20,792 bases of DNA from Nitrospinaceae bacterium (GTDB lineage Bacteria > Nitrospinota > Nitrospinia > Nitrospinales > Nitrospinaceae), in NCBI GenBank assembly GCA_965223665.1, contig CBDCXH010000005.1:1-20792 (forward strand), in the 5' to 3' direction. Position numbers and translations under genes: made by a program. A model generated the notes under the pieces. It had not been told where the DNA came from. It did not search any database and was given only the letters and a program-made list of their open reading frames with translations. Numbering within the stretch: position 1 is the first letter of the stretch; each line of letters starts with the position of its first letter. This document shows, one piece after another, positions 1-7,527 of the stretch.

Positions 1-2
1 CC

Positions 3-33
3 TTTTGAGTTATTGTTATTCATTATTGCGATC
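3..33. repeat. Left-end copies of the 10-bp T(A/G)TTG(T/C)(T/G)A.. motif; candidate integrase arm-type sites
   Basis: TATTGTTATT at 11-20 and TATTGCGATC at 24-33. Positions 3-25 match 20765-20787 at 20/23 positions. Confidence 0.6.
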
Positions 34-54
34 AAAAGGGTGACCCCTAACTTC

Positions 55-1110
55 ATGGCAAACTTTGAAAAAAGAAAATTAAAGAATGGGAAAACGGTTT
101 TTAGGGTAAGAGTTCGACTCAAAGGACAGCCTGTCGAAACTGCTACTTTCGAACGTCTTACAGATGCAAAGAAGTGGGCTGCTTCTATTGAATCTGCTAT
201 TCGTGAAAGGCGACATTTCAAATCAAGTGAAGCGAAGAGACGAACTCTTAGAGAAATGATTGACCGTTTTTTGCGTGACGAGCTTCCAAAAAAATCCGAG
301 GTAATGCAATTTGAACAACATCGGCATTTGACTTGGTGGAAAGAACAATTGGGTGACTATATTCTTGCGGATGTAACTCCTCCACTCATCGCTGAATATC
401 GCGATTTGCTTGCTAAAGGTGATTTAAAGCCTCGTTCACCGGCAACTGTTGTTCGATATATGGCTGCGCTTTCACATGCCTTTTCGATAGCCCTTCGAGA
501 ATGGCAATGGGTGGATGATAATCCTTTTAGAAAAGTTAAAAAACCCAAGGAGCCTAGAGGCAGAGTTAGATTTTTAAGTGATGAAGAACGAGCAATATTG
601 TTAGAGACATGTAAGACAAGCAAAGAACCTCTTCTATATCCAGTGGTTGTTTTAGCTCTCTCTACGGGAGCGCGAAAATCAGAAATCTTAAATTTAAATT
701 GGGGAGATATTGACTTAAAGCGGAAATTAGCGATTATTCACGAAACTAAAAATAATGAACGAAGGTCTTTAGCGCTATCAGGGCCTGCGCTTGATTGCAT
801 AGAAAAAATGTCGGAAGTTCGGCGGATAGATACAAACTTGTTGTTTCCAGATCAAAGTGGAAAGAAGCCATTAGAAATAAGACCCTCATGGGAACGTGCG
901 TTAAAAGCAGCAGATATAAAAGATTTTCGATTTCACGACTTAAGGCACAGTGCCGCAAGTTACTTAGCGATGAATGGAGCTTCCTTGGCTGAGATTGCTG
1001 AGATATTAGGGCACAAAACTTTAGCAATGGTAAAGAGGTACAGTCACCTTTCAGATAAACATGTTCATTCAGTTGTTTTGAAAATGAATGAAAAGATATT
1101 TGGTCTCTAA
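55..1110 (+). CDS. int: Tyrosine recombinase / site-specific integrase
   Basis: Catalytic set present: R (TGARKSEI), K (TKN), HDLRH, LGH, Y (RYSH). The N-terminal arm-binding-like segment MANFEKRKLKNGKTVFRVRVRLKG favours the ATG at 55 over the TTG at 13. Confidence 0.96.
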   Translation: MANFEKRKLKNGKTVFRVRVRLKGQPVETATFERLTDAKKWAASIESAIRERRHFKSSEAKRRTLREMIDRFLRDELPKKSEVMQFEQHRHLTWWKEQLGDYILADVTPPLIAEYRDLLAKGDLKPRSPATVVRYMAALSHAFSIALREWQWVDDNPFRKVKKPKEPRGRVRFLSDEERAILLETCKTSKEPLLYPVVVLALSTGARKSEILNLNWGDIDLKRKLAIIHETKNNERRSLALSGPALDCIEKMSEVRRIDTNLLFPDQSGKKPLEIRPSWERALKAADIKDFRFHDLRHSAASYLAMNGASLAEIAEILGHKTLAMVKRYSHLSDKHVHSVVLKMNEKIFGL

Positions 1111-1112
1111 TT

Positions 1113-1961
1113 ATGGGTTTAGACAATCGTTTTTATTTAAAATATTTAGATATAAAAGAAAAAAAGGAACTTAGCAAAAAAGAAAAAGGGGATCTTAGTT
1201 TGAATAAAATTAAGAAAGGATGCTTTGAAAAATTAAAAGATAAAATTCCAACCCAATCAGGGAAATATTTTGAGGGTTCCGAATGGGATTTTGATTTAAT
1301 GATTGAAGCTTTGGAACTTGGCGGTGAATATGATTTAGAATTACTGAAATTTGAAGAAAATCAAAGGGAGGATTTATGGGATTCCATAGAGCTAAATAAT
1401 CCTCTAAAAAACGAGTTCAATGAGTTCCATAAAAAATTAATTAATGATGTTCTAAAAACAAAAAAAAGTTATCAAAGACTAAAAAGAAAAATAATAAAGA
1501 ATAATTTCAAAAAAATAGAGTTTTCAAAAAATGAAATTAAACTACTTGAAAAAGCCTTAGATTCTGCCGCCAAGTATGAATTTACTATAAATTATATAGA
1601 AGAAGCTTTAGAGAAAGTGTTCGTCCTTACCCAATTAAAAAGGTTTGTTGATGCAATTTTTATGAAACATGGACGGACCGAAAAAGCAGCAAGGTTGGTT
1701 GCTAGGTTAGTCAATTCACCAAGGAAAACAATACCCTGGAAAGCTATTGCTCAAACTTTAAATCGTTTAAGAAAAAAATCCGAATCTGGGAAGCCTTTTG
1801 TTTTTATGGGCGAAAAATATAAAAATAGTTTAACGCGAGATCAAATTATTGATCTAGTTTGTAAAAAACATAAAGACTTTGCCCAGAGTAAAGAATCCTT
1901 AATTAAAGGATTGCGAAGACTAGACGAAAAAAACCTTCCTACACACTACAAATTCAAATAA
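1113..1961 (+). CDS. Hypothetical Lys/Glu-rich protein, possible C-terminal DNA-binding helix bundle
   Basis: 282-aa ORF starting 2 nt after the int stop; very AT-rich; no recognised catalytic motif. Confidence 0.75.
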   Translation: MGLDNRFYLKYLDIKEKKELSKKEKGDLSLNKIKKGCFEKLKDKIPTQSGKYFEGSEWDFDLMIEALELGGEYDLELLKFEENQREDLWDSIELNNPLKNEFNEFHKKLINDVLKTKKSYQRLKRKIIKNNFKKIEFSKNEIKLLEKALDSAAKYEFTINYIEEALEKVFVLTQLKRFVDAIFMKHGRTEKAARLVARLVNSPRKTIPWKAIAQTLNRLRKKSESGKPFVFMGEKYKNSLTRDQIIDLVCKKHKDFAQSKESLIKGLRRLDEKNLPTHYKFK

Positions 1962-2043
1962 TTTTCCACCTTCTTGAAATTAAGGACAATTTCCCCCCCG
2001 GTTTTTGTCCCTGTCAAATAAAAGCATAAATTTCTAAAATTCC

Positions 2044-2103
2044 GTTTGAAACAATCAATATTGTTTATTGATGTTGATTATTGTTTGAAAACAATTTTAG
2101 GAG
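2044..2103 (+). promoter_or_regulatory. Operator-like AAACAAT/ATTGTTT array plus RBS upstream of the xis-primase operon
   Basis: AAACAAT 2049-2055 / ATTGTTT 2060-2066 and ATTGTTT 2080-2086 / AAACAAT 2089-2095; AGGAG at 2099-2103. Confidence 0.5.
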
Positions 2104-2111
2104 CTGAATTT

Positions 2112-2366
2112 ATGAATGACAGAAATCACAGTTCGAAGACGGTAAATCGTTTTCGTAACCCTGCAACAATTGAGGTCCCAGAATTATTAACGGTAGCAAA
2201 GTTTTGCAATAAATATGACTTTATTAGTGAGGGTGGTTTGCGCTACCAAATTTTCAACCGAAAAAATAATGGGTTAGAAAGATCAGAGGCTATTATCAAG
2301 CTGGGTAAGAAAATAATCATTAATGTTCCAAAGTACTTTGAGTGGATTTTGGGAGGAAATAAATGA
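2112..2366 (+). CDS. Small excisionase/AlpA-like winged-HTH DNA-binding protein
   Basis: 84 aa from the ATG at 2112 with an AGGAG RBS. Pattern LLTVAKF...SEGGLRYQIF...IIKLGKKIIINVPKYFEWI fits Xis/AlpA-type proteins. ATGA overlap with the primase gene. Confidence 0.75.
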   Translation: MNDRNHSSKTVNRFRNPATIEVPELLTVAKFCNKYDFISEGGLRYQIFNRKNNGLERSEAIIKLGKKIIINVPKYFEWILGGNK

Positions 2367-5257
2367 AGATTGATGCCCAAAAATTAAAAGAGGCTATCCC
2401 AATCGAGGAATATTATAGGGAAGAGTTGGGCGAACCCCAGAAAAACAATAAAGATCATCGGGTGTATTTTTGTCCCTTTCATGAGGATCATAAAACTCCT
2501 AATCTTGCCGTTTATTTTGAGGGAGGTTTTTATTGTTTTGCTTGTGAAGCTAAGGGGGGAGATGTGATTTCCTTTCACCGGGAAAAACACAATCTTTCTT
2601 TTTCAGATACTCTCAAGGAACTTGCCGAGAAATACGCTCCTGAATTGATTCCAAAGAATAATCCAAAGAAAAAGCAATCCATCACCAATACCTATTACTA
2701 CCTTGATGAAGAAGGAAAACTACTTTACCAGGCGGTTCGGTATGGACCTAAAAAGAAGTTTAGCTATAGAAAACCTAAGGGCAAGAATGATTGGGAATGG
2801 AACATTGAAAGTGTCCGACGCGTTCTTTACAACCTGCCCAATATTTTAAAGTCAGATGCACCTATATACTTAGGTGAAGGTGAAAAGGACTGTGACCTAC
2901 TCAATAAGGAGGGATTAACTGCAACCACCAATGTTTGTGGTGGTCTGAGTTGGGAGTCTGAATACAATCAGTTTCTAAAAGATAAAGATGTTGTAGTTCT
3001 TGAAGATAATGATGAGATAGGACGTAAACGTGGGAAGCTGATTTCAGAATCCCTGTTTGGAATTGCCAGTTCAATAAAAATCATTCGATTTCCCGATTTG
3101 AAGAAAGGCGGAGATGTCAGTGACTATGTTGATAAAAACTCCATCGAAGATTTTATAAGTTTAGTCGATACCGCTCCTTTATATGAAGGGAATTATGCAA
3201 GGTATTTTGGTGAAGAAGATTTAGAAGACGAACCTAACTCGAACCAAGCTTCACCCATTCGATTGGGTGATTATTCTCTGCGGGGTAATGGGTTTGTTTG
3301 GTACAAAAGCACGGCCAGTGGAGAAGTGCCTACATACCTCACTAACTTCACAGCAATAATTATTTCCCAAATTGAAAAAGATGATGGAGCGGAGGTGGTC
3401 CACTTTTTTGAGATGGAAGCCCAATTGATGGGGAATACTTATAAGTTCTTTGTAACCTCTGCAGAGTTTAGTTCTCTTAATTGGGTTGTGCGTGAATTGG
3501 GACCCCAAGCTATCCTTTATCCTGGATTTGGTTTAAAAGATCAAAGTCGTTGTGCCATTCAAATGTTTTCAAAAAATATCACCAAAAGAACCACTTATCG
3601 CCATCTGGGATGGAGAAAAATAAAAAAGGAATGGGTTTATCTTCATTCAGAAGGGTCCATTGGGCCGAAAGGGTCGAGAAAAGATAAAGAAGAAGTCGAT
3701 TTAGAAGGGTCTCGCTTGTCAGAGTACAAATTCCCTGATCCTCTACAAGGGGAGGAGTTGATAAAAGCCATCCAAGCAAGCCTAGATCTTTTTGATTTAG
3801 CTCCGGATATTGTTACTTTTCCTCTATTCTCCGCAGTATTCCGTGCGGTGTTAGGAGAAGCTTGTATCTTGGATTTTTCATTGTACCTGGTCGGTCCAAC
3901 AGGAAGTCTGAAAACGGAGATGACCGCTTTAGCGCAGGCCTTCTTTGGTAAGGGGTTTCATGGAAAATGTTTGCCGGGCAATTGGAACTCCACGGATAAC
4001 ACTCTGGAGAAGCAGTCTTTCCTAATAAAGGATGGAGTTCTGGTCATTGATGATTTTGCTCCTTCGGGGAGCAATAATGATATCGCTCGTCTTCATCAAA
4101 AGGCGAATCGTATTTTAAGGGGGCAGGGCAATAACTCCGGCCGCGGCAGAATGAGAGCCGATGGATCATTAAGAGCCGAATACTTTCCGCGAGGTTTGAT
4201 TCTTTCCTCCGGAGAGGATGTGCCCAAAGGTCAGTCCATACGCGCGAGAGCACTCATCCTTGAAATGTCTCCTGGCAGTGTTAATTTGGATAAACTCAGT
4301 TTAGCCCAAACTTTAGCAGCAGAAGGAGTATACGCTCAAGTCCTTTCTAGTTATATTCAGTTTCTTGCTCCAAAACTGGACGAACTCAAACAAACGTTGC
4401 CTAAAAGAAAAAATGAGATTCGCGATTTGGTGTTGGAAGAATTATCAGTTCATAAAAGAACGGCAGATTTGGTGGGCAGCCTCTACATTGGCTTTGAAAC
4501 CTATCTCGAATTTGCTCAAGAATCCGGGGCTATTAGCCCAGAACAAAGAGAACAATTACGGGTTCGTTTTCGAAAGGCCATTGTCCAAGCGGCACAAAAA
4601 CAAATTGACCATCAGGTTAATGAAGAACCGACACGCGTATTTTTGGATTTAATTTCTGCTTCGCTGATGAACGGGAGTGCTCATATTACTGACCCAGATG
4701 GCAAAATTCCTGAAGAGCCTCAGAAATGGGGTTGGCGTCTAGAGCAAAGATATGGTCCCAATGGGGAAGACAATAGTTACTGGATGCCATCGGGTGATCA
4801 CATTGGTTGGACGAAAGACAAGGATCTTTATTTAGAACCTAATGCCTCTTATGCCGCGGCGCAAAAGTTAGCTAGAAACCAAGGGACCACCATTCCTACA
4901 CAATCGCGGACTCTTTGGAAACGAATGCATGAAAAAAAATTGTTAGCCTCTCGCGATGAAGCAAGAGGAAGAAATCTAATTAGAAAAGAACTGCAGGGAA
5001 CCAGGCATACAGTTCTTCATTTGAACACTGATGTATTAACCTGGACAACCGACCCAAACGGCCCAATCATCCCACTTTCCAATGAAAACAAAGAGTTAGA
5101 AGACGATCCATTGGGCCGTAAATCTGAGGGTGGTTCAAAAACGTCCCACAATATCGGCCCAAACACTCGGAGAAATCAAGACCTTGGGACGAAAGGGCCG
5201 TTTGGGCCGAAAACACAAAATAGGACACAAGAGTCTTTTATTGAGGGGGAAATATGA
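2363..5257 (+). CDS. Primase-helicase replication protein (CHC2 zinc finger + Toprim + DUF927-like/P-loop helicase)
   Basis: CPFHEDH...CFAC zinc finger; Toprim EGEKD and EDND; Walker A-like GPTGSLKT and Walker B VIDD; GGAGG RBS upstream. Confidence 0.9.
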   Translation: MKIDAQKLKEAIPIEEYYREELGEPQKNNKDHRVYFCPFHEDHKTPNLAVYFEGGFYCFACEAKGGDVISFHREKHNLSFSDTLKELAEKYAPELIPKNNPKKKQSITNTYYYLDEEGKLLYQAVRYGPKKKFSYRKPKGKNDWEWNIESVRRVLYNLPNILKSDAPIYLGEGEKDCDLLNKEGLTATTNVCGGLSWESEYNQFLKDKDVVVLEDNDEIGRKRGKLISESLFGIASSIKIIRFPDLKKGGDVSDYVDKNSIEDFISLVDTAPLYEGNYARYFGEEDLEDEPNSNQASPIRLGDYSLRGNGFVWYKSTASGEVPTYLTNFTAIIISQIEKDDGAEVVHFFEMEAQLMGNTYKFFVTSAEFSSLNWVVRELGPQAILYPGFGLKDQSRCAIQMFSKNITKRTTYRHLGWRKIKKEWVYLHSEGSIGPKGSRKDKEEVDLEGSRLSEYKFPDPLQGEELIKAIQASLDLFDLAPDIVTFPLFSAVFRAVLGEACILDFSLYLVGPTGSLKTEMTALAQAFFGKGFHGKCLPGNWNSTDNTLEKQSFLIKDGVLVIDDFAPSGSNNDIARLHQKANRILRGQGNNSGRGRMRADGSLRAEYFPRGLILSSGEDVPKGQSIRARALILEMSPGSVNLDKLSLAQTLAAEGVYAQVLSSYIQFLAPKLDELKQTLPKRKNEIRDLVLEELSVHKRTADLVGSLYIGFETYLEFAQESGAISPEQREQLRVRFRKAIVQAAQKQIDHQVNEEPTRVFLDLISASLMNGSAHITDPDGKIPEEPQKWGWRLEQRYGPNGEDNSYWMPSGDHIGWTKDKDLYLEPNASYAAAQKLARNQGTTIPTQSRTLWKRMHEKKLLASRDEARGRNLIRKELQGTRHTVLHLNTDVLTWTTDPNGPIIPLSNENKELEDDPLGRKSEGGSKTSHNIGPNTRRNQDLGTKGPFGPKTQNRTQESFIEGEI
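3651..3677. repeat. Triad of 9-bp repeats inside the primase gene
   Basis: AAGGGTCCA-TTGGGCCGA-AAGGGTCGA; same consensus as the repeats at 5184-5210. Confidence 0.6.
5049..5210. repeat. Iteron-like 9-bp repeat cluster; candidate replication origin
   Basis: Triad CCGACCCAA-ACGGCCCAA-TCATCCCAC (5049-5075) is inverted relative to triad TTGGGACGA-AAGGGCCGT-TTGGGCCGA (5184-5210), 21/27 match. Single copies at 5111-5119, 5141-5149 and 5154-5162. Confidence 0.7.
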
Positions 5258-5556
5258 GCATCCATGAATTATTAGGACGTATTGAAAACATGGGGGGAGA
5301 GGTGTGGGTTGATAGTGATCTATTGAAATTCAAGATTCCAAATCAATATTGCACAGCTGAATTAATGGAACAATTAAAGAAAAGCAAATTCGAAATTATC
5401 CATACTATAAAGGAAAGGCAGCCCAAACCTTATTTAGCTTCAAATGGTGATCTGGTAATTCCCTTCGATTGTGATCAAAAGTACCATTGGTGGAAACCAG
5501 GTAGCATGAAAATTAAGGAAATTAGAGAAGAATTGCAAAAACATTGGAAAAATTAA
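5254..5556 (+). CDS. Small hypothetical protein with a TubC N-terminal docking-domain-like N-terminus
   Basis: MSIHELLGRIENMGGEVWVDSDLLKFKIP...LMEQLKKSKFEII pattern; ATGA overlap with the primase stop; GAGGGGG RBS. Confidence 0.7.
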   Translation: MSIHELLGRIENMGGEVWVDSDLLKFKIPNQYCTAELMEQLKKSKFEIIHTIKERQPKPYLASNGDLVIPFDCDQKYHWWKPGSMKIKEIREELQKHWKN

Positions 5557-5590
5557 TAAGCATATAATTCTAATTTTATTTGGATGAATT

Positions 5591-6301
5591 ATGTCAAAGC
5601 CTAAAGATAAATTAAAAAAAGCATTAAGAGATAAAGTTGAAGTAAAAAACCTGAGAGCCACAGCCAAGGAACTGGAAACGCCACCTTGCGTAGATACTTT
5701 GGGAGCCAGCTTCATGCGTTTAGATGCTGATGAATTAGAAGAACAAGCTCAGAAAGCTTTAAAAATTCCGGAGAATGAACTTCCTGCTGTGGGTTGTGGA
5801 GGTGAGTTATCTCTCTCCAAAGAGAGAGCAGAAGATTTACCCGCTCTGATAAATACCCTCGAAAAACCTGATAATGTAACTGCCGAAGCGAGTCAAGAGC
5901 GACTGCAATTGATATTCGATTCAGACTGCACTGGACTTGCTCTCGATGCGGCTGAAACCATCCAAGCCAAAAACTCGTTAGAAAAAATGCTGGCGCATCA
6001 ATTGGGTGCTGCTCATAAACTGGCGATGACATTTGCCAGTCGTTCACTGAGCAATTTGAGTGAAAGTGATAAAGCAATCACCTTCCAATGCAAGGAATAT
6101 TATTCATTAGAGTCTATACGAGCATCCAATGCTTCTGCCCGAATGATGGAAAGTTTTCAAAAAGGCATATTGGCTCTCAATAAACTACGAAACGGAGGGA
6201 GTCAAACCATCACGGTGCAACATATCAATGTAAAAAATGGAGGACAAGCAGTTGTAGCAGGGGCCTTTGATACCAGGGGGGATCATGAAAAACGTCAATG
6301 A
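5591..6301 (+). CDS. Conserved hypothetical protein of the type found next to HGGxSTG genes
   Basis: Motifs LEKMLAHQLGAAH and LRNGGSQTITVQHINVKNGGQAVVAG, recalled from uncharacterised mobile-element proteins. Confidence 0.75.
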   Translation: MSKPKDKLKKALRDKVEVKNLRATAKELETPPCVDTLGASFMRLDADELEEQAQKALKIPENELPAVGCGGELSLSKERAEDLPALINTLEKPDNVTAEASQERLQLIFDSDCTGLALDAAETIQAKNSLEKMLAHQLGAAHKLAMTFASRSLSNLSESDKAITFQCKEYYSLESIRASNASARMMESFQKGILALNKLRNGGSQTITVQHINVKNGGQAVVAGAFDTRGDHEKRQ

Positions 6302-6593
6302 ACTCCATGTACCCATTTGGGAGATAGGTTTAAACTATGCTAACCAAGCTCCTCGCTGTGGTGCCAAAACCAGACAAAAAACCTCTTGCCAAAGTCCTGC
6401 AATGAAAAATGGACGCTGTCGATTACATGGGGGTAAGAGCACAGGACCTCGCACGTTGGAAGGTTTGCAACGAAGCCGGAAGGCTAACTGGAAACATGGA
6501 AACCGCTCTGCAGAAGTTATTCAACAGAGAAAAGAGTCTATGAAAGTAAAAAAGGAATTAAATCGGTTGGTGGAATCTGTTGGGAATTTGTAA
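6285..6593 (+). CDS. HGGxSTG domain protein (Cys/His, probably metal-binding)
   Basis: RCGAKTR...CQSPAMKNGRCRLHGGKSTGPRT; ATG at 6285 with AGGGGG RBS; overlaps the upstream stop. Confidence 0.88.
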   Translation: MKNVNELHVPIWEIGLNYANQAPRCGAKTRQKTSCQSPAMKNGRCRLHGGKSTGPRTLEGLQRSRKANWKHGNRSAEVIQQRKESMKVKKELNRLVESVGNL

Positions 6594-6768
6594 TTGACAA
6601 AATTATAAAAATCTAAAACGTTTTTTAGCTATAAAAAGTTTCAAAAACCAAAATTTTTTTAAATTTCTCTTAGTTTAACATCTAGTATGAATTTCGGGGT
6701 TTGATCAGTCCAAGCAGGCTGTAATTTTGAACTGTTATTTTGCTCTGAAATAATTTGTATTTTGTTTT

Positions 6769-7527
6769 TTAATTATTTTCCTTTAGCTTCAGAAGTTCAT
6801 CAACTAACCCATGTCGAACTACGTCGATGTTATCCGTTTGCCGCGCCACAAAATCACCAGTTATCATCGAGAGCCGAAACGGGAAAAATGCCGGATTATT
6901 CAGCAAGGGCCCCAAAACCTCTTTGCCTTCAGGGATGGCATTCAACGCTGACTCGAACAACAAGATGGTTAGATTTTTGTCGGGAATGATTATTGGTATT
7001 TTCTTCTCGTAGCAACCTTTTGCATTTGCTTCCTTCAGAACACCCCACGCCACGAAAGAGCGAATTACATACCGGGTATAGCGGCTGACTGTTGATCTAT
7101 CTCCATATTGTTCCTTAATACGGTTTATAATTTGTGTCTGGGTAACCTGATCCTGCAGGGTGAGTAGCCTGCCTGCCTGCCGCGCCACATTAAACCAAAA
7201 CGGATACACAGCAGAAATCATAGCCCAATGAATAGATAGTGCCATGGATGGGTGCTCACAAAGTAATTCTAGGGCTTTGTCCCTAAAGCTCACTAATTCA
7301 GTATCGGGAGAAACCCAAATCTTCATCAGATTATTAACAACGAAGGTGCGGGTCTGATTACTACGTTCACCTTCGAAGCCGTTGCCTTTGCGTTCCAAAA
7401 GGAATTCGTGCAGTTCCTTCCGAATCATCTTGGAATCCAACCCGGCAAGAAGCAAGTTGGTAGTTTTTTGCATCCACTCATAGCGGATGGCCTGTTTGAT
7501 TCCGATGGCATAATGTCGCTTTCCCAT
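6769..7527 (-). CDS. brxA: BREX type 3 BrxA-like protein
   Basis: 252-aa helical protein directly after pglZ (TAATG overlap); occupies the last position of the type 3 order brxF-brxC-pglXI-brxHII-pglZ-brxA. Confidence 0.78.
   Translation of the reverse strand: MGKRHYAIGIKQAIRYEWMQKTTNLLLAGLDSKMIRKELHEFLLERKGNGFEGERSNQTRTFVVNNLMKIWVSPDTELVSFRDKALELLCEHPSMALSIHWAMISAVYPFWFNVARQAGRLLTLQDQVTQTQIINRIKEQYGDRSTVSRYTRYVIRSFVAWGVLKEANAKGCYEKKIPIIIPDKNLTILLFESALNAIPEGKEVLGPLLNNPAFFPFRLSMITGDFVARQTDNIDVVRHGLVDELLKLKENN

Noticed and set aside
13-54. TTG-initiated N-terminal extension of the integrase
   Set aside because: It overlaps the terminal repeats, and the ATG at 55 gives a typical integrase N-terminus. 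The extended starts at 2046, 6267 and 20459 were rejected likewise in favour of RBS-supported ATGs.
1984-2010. GGACAA...TTGTCC inverted repeat after the 282-aa ORF as a terminator
   Set aside because: Only a 6-bp stem with a 15-nt loop and no following U-tract.
357-6077. Short antisense or alternate-frame ORFs over the core genes (e.g. 746-1126, 5440-5715, 5712-6077)
   Set aside because: They are shadows of well-supported genes and show no recognisable motifs.
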